A stretch of DNA of 64,000 bases from Candidatus Sericytochromatia bacterium (GTDB taxonomy: Bacteria; Cyanobacteriota; Sericytochromatia; S15B-MN24; VGJW01). The stretch is taken from the NCBI GenBank assembly GCA_035285865.1, contig JAYKHS010000005.1, forward strand, positions 32,001 through 96,000, written 5' to 3'. Below the pieces are notes generated by a model. It had not been told where the DNA came from. It was given only the letters and a program-made list of their open reading frames with translations, and ran no database searches. A program made the position numbers and the translations under genes. Shown here piece by piece: positions 38,709-48,478 of the stretch. Position 1 is the stretch's first letter; each line of letters starts with the position of its first letter.

Positions 38709-40400
38709 ATGTTGCTGCGCCTGCAGGTTCACCAGTTCGTCCTGATCGAGGCACTCGATCTGGAGGTCACGCCGGGCCTCACGGTCCTGACCGGTGAAAC
38801 CGGCGCGGGCAAGAGCGTCCTCCTCGCTGCACTGGCTGCCGTGCTGGGCGGTCGGACCTCGGCCGATGTCATCCGGCCGGGGGCGGCCAAGGCGTGGGTC
38901 GAGGCCACGTTTGCCGCCGAAGGGCCGTGGTGGACCCGATGGCGCGAGGATTCGGGCATAGCACCGCTCGAGTCGGGTCGTGTCGTGTTGTCCCGCGATG
39001 TCACGCCGCAGGGCAGCCGGGCCCGCATCGATGGGCAGACCGTGACCCTCGCCGAACTGCGCGAGCTGGGCAGCCATCTCGTGTCTCTGTCCGGCCAGCA
39101 TGACCATGTGCGTCTGATGGATGCTGCCGTGCAGCGGGAAACACTCGATGCGTACGGTGACCACGCTGCCCTGGCGCGAGAGGTTGCAGAGGTCTACGTG
39201 CGATGGCAGGGGCTTGTGGCCAAGGAGCATCGGTTGCGCGAGGACGCCACGCGCCGCGAGGCCGAGCGTGACTTCATGGCCTTTCAGTTGCGCGAGCTCG
39301 AGACCGCGGATCTGGTCGATCCGGCAGAGGATGCGACGCTGCGTGAGCGCCTGCATATCCTGAGGCAGCAGACGAAACTGCTGGAAGGCGCCGAGCGGGC
39401 GCGGCTTGCCGCGGGCGAGGCCTCTGGCGACCCCGTGTCCAGGGCGCTGGGCGCGCTTCGCCCCCTCGCGGGGATTGATCCACGACTCGCCGGGGTCGTC
39501 GAACTGCTCGAGACCGCAGAGGCCAGTCTGAATGAGGCCGGCGATGCGCTCCGTCGATACCTCGACCGAGATGGGGAAGATGTCGATGACCTCGAAGCCC
39601 TTGAAGCACGGTTGCATTTGTTGTCTGGCGTGGTACGCCGCCACGGTGGTTCGCTGGAGCTGGCCATCGAACGACGGGAGCACCTCGCGCGCGAACTGGC
39701 GCAAGCCGAGGAGGACACCCTCGCACGCGCGCGGATCGAGGCGGATGTCGCCGCGGCGGCCGTGGCTTGGGATGCGGCTGCTGTTCGCCTATCCGTGGCG
39801 CGTCGGCTGGCCGCCGAGCGGCTGACCGGTGAGCTGAGTGGCATACTGCGGGGCCTCGGTCTGCCGCACGCGAGCCTGCATGTTGAACTCGAGACCGTGT
39901 CGCAGCGGACGGCCCACGGTGCCGAGGCCGTGTCATGGCGCTTTTCGGCGCAGCCGGATGCCCCGGCAAAGCCCCTCGCCAAGGTTGCATCGGGCGGGGA
40001 GCTGGCCCGCATTCTGCTGGCCGTACACGTGTCCATGCAAGGTGTGGCCGCCATGCCCACGCTGGTCTTCGACGAGATCGATACCGGTATCTCGGGCGAG
40101 GCTGCTGCTGCCGTCGGTCGCCAACTGGCCCGCTTGTCGCAGGAGGATCAGGTTCTGGTCGTCACGCATCTGCCTGCGGTGGCCGCGGGAGCGGATCGAC
40201 ACCTGCACCTGCGCAAGATCGTGTCCGACGGGCGGACGGGGTTGTCACTCACGGATCTGGGGGATGAGGAACGTGTCCGGGTCCTCGCGGAGATGCTGGC
40301 AGGCGAGGAGCCGGCGGAAGGGGCGCTCGGGGCCGCGCGCGAGCTGCGGCAGCGGGCATCGGCAAGCAAGGAGGTCGGCCTGCATGGCGTCCGGGCATGA
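38709..40400 (+). CDS. recN: DNA repair protein RecN
   Basis: LTGETGAGKS, ASGGELARI, FDEIDTGISG, VTHLP. Confidence 0.96.
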   Translation: MLLRLQVHQFVLIEALDLEVTPGLTVLTGETGAGKSVLLAALAAVLGGRTSADVIRPGAAKAWVEATFAAEGPWWTRWREDSGIAPLESGRVVLSRDVTPQGSRARIDGQTVTLAELRELGSHLVSLSGQHDHVRLMDAAVQRETLDAYGDHAALAREVAEVYVRWQGLVAKEHRLREDATRREAERDFMAFQLRELETADLVDPAEDATLRERLHILRQQTKLLEGAERARLAAGEASGDPVSRALGALRPLAGIDPRLAGVVELLETAEASLNEAGDALRRYLDRDGEDVDDLEALEARLHLLSGVVRRHGGSLELAIERREHLARELAQAEEDTLARARIEADVAAAAVAWDAAAVRLSVARRLAAERLTGELSGILRGLGLPHASLHVELETVSQRTAHGAEAVSWRFSAQPDAPAKPLAKVASGGELARILLAVHVSMQGVAAMPTLVFDEIDTGISGEAAAAVGRQLARLSQEDQVLVVTHLPAVAAGADRHLHLRKIVSDGRTGLSLTDLGDEERVRVLAEMLAGEEPAEGALGAARELRQRASASKEVGLHGVRA

Positions 40401-40881
40401 GGCTTCGTTCCGTTTGCGCGTGGGCAATCGCGAGGTGCGCGTCGCGGGGTCGGAAGACTTGGTTCGCGAGGCCATGCGCCATTGGGCTGGTCTCTGGACC
40501 GATGGTCCGATTCGGGAGGCTGATTCGGAAGCGGTCGGGAGCGCGGACGAGGAAGGCCATGTCGCACCGGTCTTGCGCGTCCAGAAAAACATCGGAGTCG
40601 GTGATCTCGTTGCCTTGAAAAACCCGGAGACGCCGCGGGATCGGCTGCTGACGGCGGCGTACTATCTGGAACGCTACGAGAAGCGTGAGCGTTATGGCCT
40701 CGATCAGTTACGGATGCTGTGGCTCGAGGCTTATCCGTGCGAGCCCATGGATCCCGAGTCGTGGGAAGATGCCATCCGCGACGGCTACCTGGAGCGCGTG
40801 GCGGACGGGATGTTCACCCTGACCTTTTCTGGCGAGAGCTATGTCCAGAACGGCCTCGTCGAGGAGTATCGCCCCGGATGA
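40384..40881 (+). CDS. Hypothetical protein (possible winged-helix C-terminus)
   Basis: GC3-biased ORF overlapping recN stop and msrB start. Confidence 0.65.
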   Translation: MASGHEASFRLRVGNREVRVAGSEDLVREAMRHWAGLWTDGPIREADSEAVGSADEEGHVAPVLRVQKNIGVGDLVALKNPETPRDRLLTAAYYLERYEKRERYGLDQLRMLWLEAYPCEPMDPESWEDAIRDGYLERVADGMFTLTFSGESYVQNGLVEEYRPG

Positions 40882-41381
40882 AGGTGACCGACCTTGCTTC
40901 GGCCGCGCTGTTGGTCGGTTTGTTTGCCTGTCCGGCCTCGGCCGCTGGGGCGCAGGCAACGCGTTCAGCGACGCTCTCTGCCGATGCTTGGCATTGCCTC
41001 AGGATGAAGGGCACCGAAAGACCCTTCACCGGGGCTTTCTGGCAAAACCATGAGCCGGGCATATACCGCTGTGGCGACTGCCGTGCAGTACTTTTCGACA
41101 GTCGGAACAAGTTCGACTCAGGAACGGGCTGGCCCAGCTTCGACCGCCCTGCGGCATCGGCCTCGGTCCGCCTGTTGCCCGATCGAAGCCATGGCATGGA
41201 TCGGACCGAGGTACAGTGCGCCCGATGCGGGGGGCATCTGGGTCATGTCTTCGATGATGGACCGGCCACGACGGGACAGAGATTCTGCATCAACTCGGCC
41301 AGCCTGGTCTTCGAGGCTCGGCCGGCACGCTCCGTAACCTCCGGGCCTCGCGCAGCCGGAAGCGGCAAGGGACGGCCCTGA
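40878..41381 (+). CDS. msrB: Methionine-R-sulfoxide reductase with N-terminal signal peptide
   Basis: GTERPFTG, KFDSGTGWPSF, CARCGGHLGHVFDDGP, RFCINS. Confidence 0.95.
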   Translation: MKVTDLASAALLVGLFACPASAAGAQATRSATLSADAWHCLRMKGTERPFTGAFWQNHEPGIYRCGDCRAVLFDSRNKFDSGTGWPSFDRPAASASVRLLPDRSHGMDRTEVQCARCGGHLGHVFDDGPATTGQRFCINSASLVFEARPARSVTSGPRAAGSGKGRP

Positions 41382-41400
41382 CTGACCGACGCCAACCAAG

Positions 41401-41442
41401 CCAATGGCCCCGCCTCCCGATCCGGAAAGGCGGGGCCATTGG
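41401..41442. terminator. Bidirectional terminator-like hairpin between msrB and yceI
   Basis: CCAATGGCCCCGCCT...AGGCGGGGCCATTGG. Confidence 0.75.
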
Positions 41443-41450
41443 CTCAGGGT

Positions 41451-42053
41451 CTACTTGGCGGCCTGCTGGATGAGCTCAACCTCGAGCGTGATGGCGATGT
41501 CTTCGCCCACAAGCACGCCACCGGTCTCGATGTTCTTGTTCCAGGTCAGGCCGTAGTCACGACGATCGATGTGCGTCGTGGCTTCGGTGCCGGTCCGCAT
41601 GTTGCCCCAGGGATCCTTCGCCGCCTTGGCGGGGAGGGCCACTTGCAGCGTCACGGGCTTGGTCACGCCGTGGAGCGTAAGGTTGCCGAGCACCGACAGA
41701 CCGTCCTTGGTGGCCTTCACGACGCGGGTGCTCTGGAAGGTCATGGTCGGGAACTTCTCGACATCGAAGAAGTCGGGGCTCTTCAGGTGGCCGTCCCGCT
41801 TGGCGTTGCCGGTGTCGACGCTGGACACGTCGATGGTGGCCTCGACGGTGGACTTCTCGGGGTGGGCGGCGTCATAGACCACCGAACCCTTGATGGCGGG
41901 GAACGAGCCACGGACGTTGCTGACCATCAGATGCTTGACCTTGAAGTGGGCGGCCGAGTGCATGTCGTCGATGGCGTAGGTGACAGGGGCGGCCGTGGCG
42001 GGTAGGGCGGCAAAGGTCGCAAAGGCGAGAAGTGCGGCTGAAGCAAGGCGCAT
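41451..42053 (-). CDS. yceI: YceI-family polyisoprenoid-binding protein
   Basis: Signal peptide, HS..FKVKHLMVS, RDGHLKSPDFFD, GNLTLHGVTK, IDRRDYG. Confidence 0.93.
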   Translation of the reverse strand: MRLASAALLAFATFAALPATAAPVTYAIDDMHSAAHFKVKHLMVSNVRGSFPAIKGSVVYDAAHPEKSTVEATIDVSSVDTGNAKRDGHLKSPDFFDVEKFPTMTFQSTRVVKATKDGLSVLGNLTLHGVTKPVTLQVALPAKAAKDPWGNMRTGTEATTHIDRRDYGLTWNKNIETGGVLVGEDIAITLEVELIQQAAK

Positions 42054-42202
42054 GAGCGAGTCTCCTGGTGGGGAAGGGATACCTTGCCTGCAACGATAGC
42101 ATATCGGATCTACCCCTGGGGCGTAGGGTATCGGGCGGAATGCACGAATGAGATCAGTCCCCCCGGCCGAGGCCAGGTGGACTGAGGGAACGGGTCGACG
42201 CG

Positions 42203-45200
42203 CTACGGCTGGACGGGGGCGTCGTATGCGAAGCCCAATAGCGCCACAGACGGCTCCTCTGAACGGACTTCAAGGTAATCCAGAGTTTCGCCCTCCGGAG
42301 CCTTGACGTTCAAGACATAGTCGCCAGAGGATTCCAGTGGTCTGAATGCATTCTGATCCATGACCATCCGATTGCCTGCGCTGGTCTTGAATACCACCAC
42401 CGGCAGCGTCGATGGAGCACGGAGGAAGAGCGTCATGTTGCTCGTGAGGCGTGTGCTGGTGATGAGGAAATGGGCAGTCGCTGCCCGCTCGCCAAGTTCA
42501 TTGGTGGCTGCATACATTCCACTGTTTCGGACAACGAGGAAACCCGCCTCGGAAGAGACTTCGACGTCAGAACTCAGAAACGGAACGGTGTAGAGGCCGT
42601 CTCCCAATCCACTGACATTCAGTTCGTACCGCGCGAGAGGCGGCTGCGGGGGTATCTCGATGTAGTTGCTCGCAAAGTCGCCCTGCACGTCCGACACGCT
42701 GTCGCCGAGCTTGAAGAAGCCGTTGAGGCCGTTGGACGAGAGCGTCAGCGACGCCTCCAGTTCACCCACCGAGTCAGTGGAACGCACGGACTTGAAGGTG
42801 CCTTCCAGCGTGAAGGTGTCCTCAGCCAGCTTTGTGACACGTGGCATTGGCATCACGGCAACTTGGCCATCCCTGTCGACCAGTTCGATCATCAAGCCCG
42901 CGCTGGTGTCTGCGACCGATAGCTGCAGATCGCGGTCGTAGGGGTTGCCGCTGAACCATCGCATGTCGTATCGACCTTCAAGTTGGCTGGGCAAGGTCGC
43001 CGCCGGCGGTTCGATGCCACCCCCGCCACCACCATTCGACGGCCGAGCCAAGCTGAACTGGGTGACGTTGCCCCCGTCATCCACCAGATTCGCGCCGACG
43101 AATCCGTTGGCGTCAAAATGGACGCGGATATTCATCTGTTCGGGGCCAGGTCCCTGCTTTCGCCGGTTGAGCCGACCTGAAGCCGTGAAGCTGCCGTCCT
43201 CCAGTTTCTCGATCAAGTCGAAGCTTGCATCGGCCACGATGTAGTCACTGCCCTGGGCGGCGGGGTCATAGAGATTTACACCGAACGCGAAAGGCTGATC
43301 GGCATTGCCGGTCGTGGTGCTGAAGAGCGAGAAGTTGAGCTTTACGCCGAAGGGATTGCTGCCTCGCTGCAGGGTGGACGTATAGTCACCCAGCACCGAG
43401 TCAGGCAGTGCGACGTAGGGCGGGGGCGGGGGCGGTTGGATCTGCTGGGCTTCGGAAACGGAGCCCTGACCGATGGCGTTGCCGTCAGTGACCGAGATGC
43501 TGGTCAGGTACCACGGACGTTCGCCCGCGGCGCCGCGGTTGTCGAAGAGGCTGAACGTGACCTTGACCGGCCCGGCACTGCCCGACGCGTAGTACTCGCC
43601 CTCGACTTGCGTTCCGTTCGGAATGGAGGCGAGGCGCATATTGCCGATCACGCCGACCGGAAAGCTATTCCCGTTGCTATCGGTACCCAGGACCTTGCCC
43701 ACGTAGCCATTGCCCTCGAAGCCGAGGTCCATCTGGAACACCGAAGACCCGAACGGGTTGAAGCCGTCACCCGGCATGACGATGTCCCAGCGGCCGGTCA
43801 CATCATCCATCGTCAGTGGGAAATTGCCGCCAATGTCGCCGCCGCCACCGCCACCACTGCCGCCATCAAAGGGAGAAGCCTGAACATCAAAGCGTGAGTT
43901 GTCGAGCATGAAGGTGCCGCCCGCCAGCTCCCACCGGCCCTTGGAGGGGTTGTTCCGGTCGACCACGTAGAGGACCTGAAGGTCAATCAACGCGATTCGG
44001 TTGATGCCCAGGTCGACCTTGATCTCGGCACGGGGTGGTTGGTTGCCCTCGCTGTACAGACGGAAGCCGGCGATGTTGCCGACGAACTTCAGTTCGGTGT
44101 CGTTGGCGTTGCCACCAACCAGACGACCGACGATGTTTCCGTTCTCCGCCGCCTTAAGCGCGAGGCTCAGTTTCTCATAACCGAGGTCTGGCCGAGCCTG
44201 CGAGAAGTACAGTGCCCAGTCACCCGCGAACGCCACCGGTGCAGGGAGGGGGCCAGGCATGCTGCCGCCGCCACCTTGATCGCCACCTTGGAGCTCCTCG
44301 ACCACGAACGTGGCGTCTCCTAGCGAACCGGACACGAGAATCCACCGGCCTTGGCCGGGCATCATCGGATTCGGCTCGAAACGGGTCACGTACTGCAGGG
44401 GGAGACTGAGGCCGCCATCAAGGTTGAGTTCGCCTTGCAGGACCACCTCCCCAGTGCCCAGCCTTTCTACCCGGAGGCCCTCCACCTTCCCGATGGTGGC
44501 CAGGACGGTGGTCGTTTCGGAGCCCTGCAAGACTCGCGCCATCACGCCACCGTCGGTCATCGGCATGATCGCGACGCCGGTCGTCAGGCCGTCAAAGGGA
44601 TCCCGGCCGGCCTCAAACCGGAAGATCCAGTCGCCGCCGAAGGCCACGACTGGAGGCAGGTTCGTGCTCGGGTCACCCCCGCCCTGATTCGGGTCGCCGG
44701 GGTTGCTGCCGAACGCCTCGAGCACGGCTTTGAAGAGCACCTGGTTGGCGCGGGCGTCGGACACGATGGCGCCGGGACGCGCAGCCGGTCCCGGAGGCGG
44801 CTGGATCTCGATCGTGAGTTCGCTCGCCAAAGCCTCGACGAAGACCTTGAACAGGAGGCCGCCCGAGGGCGTGTTGTTCACGAACTGACCAACACCCAGT
44901 GACATCGGGCCATTCGGGGTGGCATTAATCACCTCGAGGCTTGCGCCGTTGCTGCCGACCTTAAGGCGCAGGCCCATGTCCTGCCACGAGGGATCCGGAT
45001 ACGTCGTCCCGGGGAGCAGGGCCAAGCGCTGATCCCCGGCCATCGCGAGACCCAGGAACCACTCTGGAACGCCGATGGATCCACCGGGTCCGGTCGCGCC
45101 ACCACCGCCAGTCGACCCACCGTTGCCACCCGTGCTGTCACCGATGCTTCCGCCCGTTCCAGGCTGGGATTCGACCCCGCCGAACTGCTTGGTGGCGGTG

Positions 45201-45691
45201 AAGGTCAGCTCCAACTTGGTCCCGCCGTCCGCCGCGGTGGCAAAGTTGCCGGTCAACTCACCGACAGCATTGTCAGCACTGGCGGAAAAATCGTCGTAGA
45301 TCTTGCCGATGATGGCCGTGTCGTTGACGCTGAAGTCTATCGAGATGCCGGCTTGGTCACCGGTCCTGGGCTTGTCCTTGGTTAACGTGAGCTTCGTGAG
45401 CGACTTCTGGCCGCCGCCAAAAAGCGTGAAGGTGCCCTGGCCCTTGAAGTTGTTGCCGTCCTTGGTGAACTGAAGCGTTCCCTTGGAAGGGTTGAAGTTC
45501 TCGGTGTTCTCACCGTCGATCAGGTACCAGGTGCCGGCGAAAGACTTGAAGTCGGCGGCTGCGGGCTTTTGTTCCGCGGTCGGGGTCGTGGCCGCAGTCT
45601 GGGCCAGATTCCGCAGGGCTGCGGCGTCACAGCCGGCGAGCATCGCGAGCGACAGCGTCGCGGACAGCCCGGCCTTGATGGAGCGATTCAC
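42203..45691 (-). CDS. Large multidomain surface lipoprotein (1162 aa)
   Basis: LAGC lipobox; repeated beta domains starting xxGxW/Y separated by Gly/Pro linkers. Confidence 0.8.
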   Translation of the reverse strand: MNRSIKAGLSATLSLAMLAGCDAAALRNLAQTAATTPTAEQKPAAADFKSFAGTWYLIDGENTENFNPSKGTLQFTKDGNNFKGQGTFTLFGGGQKSLTKLTLTKDKPRTGDQAGISIDFSVNDTAIIGKIYDDFSASADNAVGELTGNFATAADGGTKLELTFTATKQFGGVESQPGTGGSIGDSTGGNGGSTGGGGATGPGGSIGVPEWFLGLAMAGDQRLALLPGTTYPDPSWQDMGLRLKVGSNGASLEVINATPNGPMSLGVGQFVNNTPSGGLLFKVFVEALASELTIEIQPPPGPAARPGAIVSDARANQVLFKAVLEAFGSNPGDPNQGGGDPSTNLPPVVAFGGDWIFRFEAGRDPFDGLTTGVAIMPMTDGGVMARVLQGSETTTVLATIGKVEGLRVERLGTGEVVLQGELNLDGGLSLPLQYVTRFEPNPMMPGQGRWILVSGSLGDATFVVEELQGGDQGGGGSMPGPLPAPVAFAGDWALYFSQARPDLGYEKLSLALKAAENGNIVGRLVGGNANDTELKFVGNIAGFRLYSEGNQPPRAEIKVDLGINRIALIDLQVLYVVDRNNPSKGRWELAGGTFMLDNSRFDVQASPFDGGSGGGGGGDIGGNFPLTMDDVTGRWDIVMPGDGFNPFGSSVFQMDLGFEGNGYVGKVLGTDSNGNSFPVGVIGNMRLASIPNGTQVEGEYYASGSAGPVKVTFSLFDNRGAAGERPWYLTSISVTDGNAIGQGSVSEAQQIQPPPPPPYVALPDSVLGDYTSTLQRGSNPFGVKLNFSLFSTTTGNADQPFAFGVNLYDPAAQGSDYIVADASFDLIEKLEDGSFTASGRLNRRKQGPGPEQMNIRVHFDANGFVGANLVDDGGNVTQFSLARPSNGGGGGGIEPPAATLPSQLEGRYDMRWFSGNPYDRDLQLSVADTSAGLMIELVDRDGQVAVMPMPRVTKLAEDTFTLEGTFKSVRSTDSVGELEASLTLSSNGLNGFFKLGDSVSDVQGDFASNYIEIPPQPPLARYELNVSGLGDGLYTVPFLSSDVEVSSEAGFLVVRNSGMYAATNELGERAATAHFLITSTRLTSNMTLFLRAPSTLPVVVFKTSAGNRMVMDQNAFRPLESSGDYVLNVKAPEGETLDYLEVRSEEPSVALLGFAYDAPVQP

Positions 45692-45864
45692 GTTCTACCT
45701 CTGATTTCCTGTGAGGGATCGAGACGAGGGTTCACAAAGTGTCACATCCAGTATAGCAAGCATCCACGCCGCTTGTGAGGGCGCAGGTGCCGCTCGCGGT
45801 GTGATCCGGGGTACACCGGAGGATGCCCGGGTGTTCGTGCGAGCCGGATCGCGGTCCGTACGTC

Positions 45865-46887
45865 TCAGAGGCCCAGGAGCACCTGGTGGTGGCCCCATTC
45901 CTCGCCGTCGGCCACGAGATGGAGCTCCTGGAGCGCCATCAGGGCCGTGCGCCATCGGCGCCGCCAGATGGGCGCGTCGTCGCCCTTGAGCTTGCGCAAC
46001 TGCTCCATCAGGGCCACCTCGCGGGTGTCCATGACCTCGATCTGGCCTTGAAGCGTCCGCGCCATATATGTGCCTGGCATCGACCACCAGGCTTCAAGTC
46101 GCCAGGGTCCCAGTTGGTTGACAAGGGTGTCCAGCGTCGTCACGTGGTAGCTTCTGACCAGATCTTCACCAAGCCACTCCATCGGTGCCAGCGGCAGGAC
46201 ATGCGGCACGTCCGAATGGCTGGGCAGTTGCAGCAGCAGCGTGGATCCGGGCTCGCCCCATGAGGCGATGTTTTCGAGCAGCCTGCGATGATTCAGCCAG
46301 CGAGACGTGCCCTCAACGGCAACCATGCGTTCGAAGGTCTCGCCAGGGGCGAACTTGCTCAGCGGCGAGATCCGCACCTCGAGGTTCAGGATGCCGCGTT
46401 GCTTGGCCTGCCTCGTGACGTGGCCGGCAACTAAGGCATTGGCACAGCGGGTCACGACCCGGCTCTGCCGGAAACGCGCGGCGAGGTGCAGCGCAATCGC
46501 CCCCAGGCCGCCGCCCAGGTCGAGGATTCGGTCGCCGTCCCTGATGCCCGAGCGCTGGACCACGAATTCGAGAGCTGCGTGCTCTGCAGGTTCGGCCTTC
46601 AGATCGTCCGCATCGGCAAACCAAGGGCCCGTCAGCATCGCGGGTCCGAGCAGGTGGGCGTGCAGCGAAGGAGGTGCAGCCCCCTCTGCATGCATCAGGC
46701 CGGCATCCGCTGCCAGCAGCGGACCCTTGGCAAGGCGCTCCAAGTGCTCGTCGACGCGCCGGGCAACGCCTTTGGTGCCCCCTTCGCGCAGGGACCGTGC
46801 CAGGGTCAGCGCTCTGCCGCGGAACTGACCCGCCATCAGGTCGTCAGGCAGAAACCCGCGATCGATCAGCCGCTCGAAGACGCCCAC
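45865..46887 (-). CDS. SAM-dependent methyltransferase, cyclopropane-fatty-acyl synthase-like
   Basis: ILDLGGGLG, FERMVAVE, YMARTL, EEWGHHQ. Confidence 0.75.
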   Translation of the reverse strand: MGVFERLIDRGFLPDDLMAGQFRGRALTLARSLREGGTKGVARRVDEHLERLAKGPLLAADAGLMHAEGAAPPSLHAHLLGPAMLTGPWFADADDLKAEPAEHAALEFVVQRSGIRDGDRILDLGGGLGAIALHLAARFRQSRVVTRCANALVAGHVTRQAKQRGILNLEVRISPLSKFAPGETFERMVAVEGTSRWLNHRRLLENIASWGEPGSTLLLQLPSHSDVPHVLPLAPMEWLGEDLVRSYHVTTLDTLVNQLGPWRLEAWWSMPGTYMARTLQGQIEVMDTREVALMEQLRKLKGDDAPIWRRRWRTALMALQELHLVADGEEWGHHQVLLGL

Positions 46888-47052
46888 GGGATTCAGGCTC
46901 TCGCGGGTTGCGGCAGGCTTTTCGGTTTCACGGCAAGCGTCGCATTCGGTTCGGGGATATTCCGAGAATAGCAGTACCGTCCCGGGCTTGCTTGTGCATC
47001 CCCGGGGCGGGCGGCATCATCATGCCGTCCTGTCTGCCGGGAGGGTCGCCCG

Positions 47053-47592
47053 ATGCGTATCTTGTTGCCGCTCTTCACGGGGTTCGAGGAAATCGAGGCC
47101 ATCACGGTACTCGATGTCCTGCGGCGGGCTGGCCTCGAGGTCGTGACGGCAGGGCTGTCTCCCGATCCTGTCGTGGGGGCGCATGGTCTGCCGGTGCTGG
47201 CGGGACAGGCGTTGGGGGACTTCGAAGGTCAGGTTTTCGACGCGATCGTGCTTCCGGGCGGCAGCGGGACACCCCGGCTTGCCGAGAGCGAACTGCTCGG
47301 CAACATGCTCGCGCATCACGCTGCGGCCGGTCGCTGGACGGCAGCCATCTGCGCGGCGCCGACCGTGCTCGGGGCCATGGGCCTGCTTCGGGGCAAGGCG
47401 GCCACTTCGTGGCCCGGTGTCCGTGATGCGATGGGTGAGGCCGACTACCGCGAGGATGCCGTCGTCATCGATGGTGCCTTCGTGACCAGCCGCGGTCCCG
47501 GGACGGCCATGGCTTTTGCGTTGGCGCTGGTCGAGCATTGGTGCGGATCCGGCGTGGCTGCGGAGCTTCGTCAGGCCATGGTCGTTTCTTGA
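47053..47592 (+). CDS. DJ-1/PfpI (YajL/ThiJ) family protein
   Basis: GFEEIEA, VLPGG, AAICAAP, TSRGPGTA. Confidence 0.93.
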   Translation: MRILLPLFTGFEEIEAITVLDVLRRAGLEVVTAGLSPDPVVGAHGLPVLAGQALGDFEGQVFDAIVLPGGSGTPRLAESELLGNMLAHHAAAGRWTAAICAAPTVLGAMGLLRGKAATSWPGVRDAMGEADYREDAVVIDGAFVTSRGPGTAMAFALALVEHWCGSGVAAELRQAMVVS

Positions 47593-47673
47593 GCAGGATC
47601 TGCCCCGTTCTTTACTGAGTCGGACGCAACATCCGCGACAAATCGCTTGTCCCCCCACGCGGAGTTTGCCCCC

Positions 47674-48090
47674 ATGCCCAAGGTCAGCGTTGCCGGTCGC
47701 CCCTTGCAGGACCGCCACCTCGTCCGACTCGCGGAAGGCCGGTTCGAGCCTGCCAAGGCCGACGCGCCGCGCAACAACGGCGACGACGTGTTCATCAAGG
47801 TCGGCCAGGACGTCTGGGTAGCTTCGGGCAGTCACATCGCGACTGACTTCCGCCCCGGTCAGGAGGCCGAGGTTGCGGGTCGGCGCGGCCTTGTCCTGCA
47901 TGTTGACAAGCAGGGCGTGGCGCCGATGGCGGCGGGTGCCGTCGTGGGTGCGGCCATCGGGGGGGCCGTGGGCCTTGCCCTGCGGGCGCCGGGTTTGGGA
48001 GCGTGGCTGGGCGGTTTCCTGGGGGCCGGGCTCAATCGGATCCGGCACGGCGAGAACCCAGAGTACTTGAGGATTCACGCCGCCGACTGA
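47674..48090 (+). CDS. Hypothetical protein with C-terminal glycine-zipper membrane segment
   Basis: AAGAVVGAAIGGAVG..GAWLGGFLGAG; start uncertain. Confidence 0.55.
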   Translation: MPKVSVAGRPLQDRHLVRLAEGRFEPAKADAPRNNGDDVFIKVGQDVWVASGSHIATDFRPGQEAEVAGRRGLVLHVDKQGVAPMAAGAVVGAAIGGAVGLALRAPGLGAWLGGFLGAGLNRIRHGENPEYLRIHAAD

Positions 48091-48105
48091 GTCCTGCGGT
48101 CTCGG

Positions 48106-48348
48106 TCAGTCCGCCTTGGTGGCGTACTTCGCGTCGAGGTAGCGCAGGATGTCCTCTTCGTCGGAGAGCACCGTGTCGCCGTCCACCAGCACCGGGACCG
48201 TCGGCTGGCCCGAGACTTCGAGGACCTGCTGGCGTTTGCTGCGGTCCTTGGGAATGTTGACGCATACGTAGGTCAGAAGCAGGTCGCTCATGCGCTGCCG
48301 GACCATCTGGCAGTAGGGGCAGCTCTCGAACTGATACAAGGTCATCAT
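48106..48348 (-). CDS. Glutaredoxin / GST-N domain protein
   Basis: CPYC, SGQPTVPVLVD. Confidence 0.9.
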   Translation of the reverse strand: MMTLYQFESCPYCQMVRQRMSDLLLTYVCVNIPKDRSKRQQVLEVSGQPTVPVLVDGDTVLSDEEDILRYLDAKYATKAD

Positions 48349-48478
48349 CGGGCGAGTTTCTCCACGCTTAACCTGAAAGCCTTCAAGCTTAAGCATAACT
48401 TAGTTCCGGCATGCGTCAGCCGCTCTCCGGGAGATGCGATAGAACCGGTGTTCCCTTCTCCGGAACAGGAGGCACCCA

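Noticed and set aside
48415..48442. Possible sigma28 promoter before LysM gene
   Set aside because: -35 match and spacing are poor compared with the flgF and flgM sites
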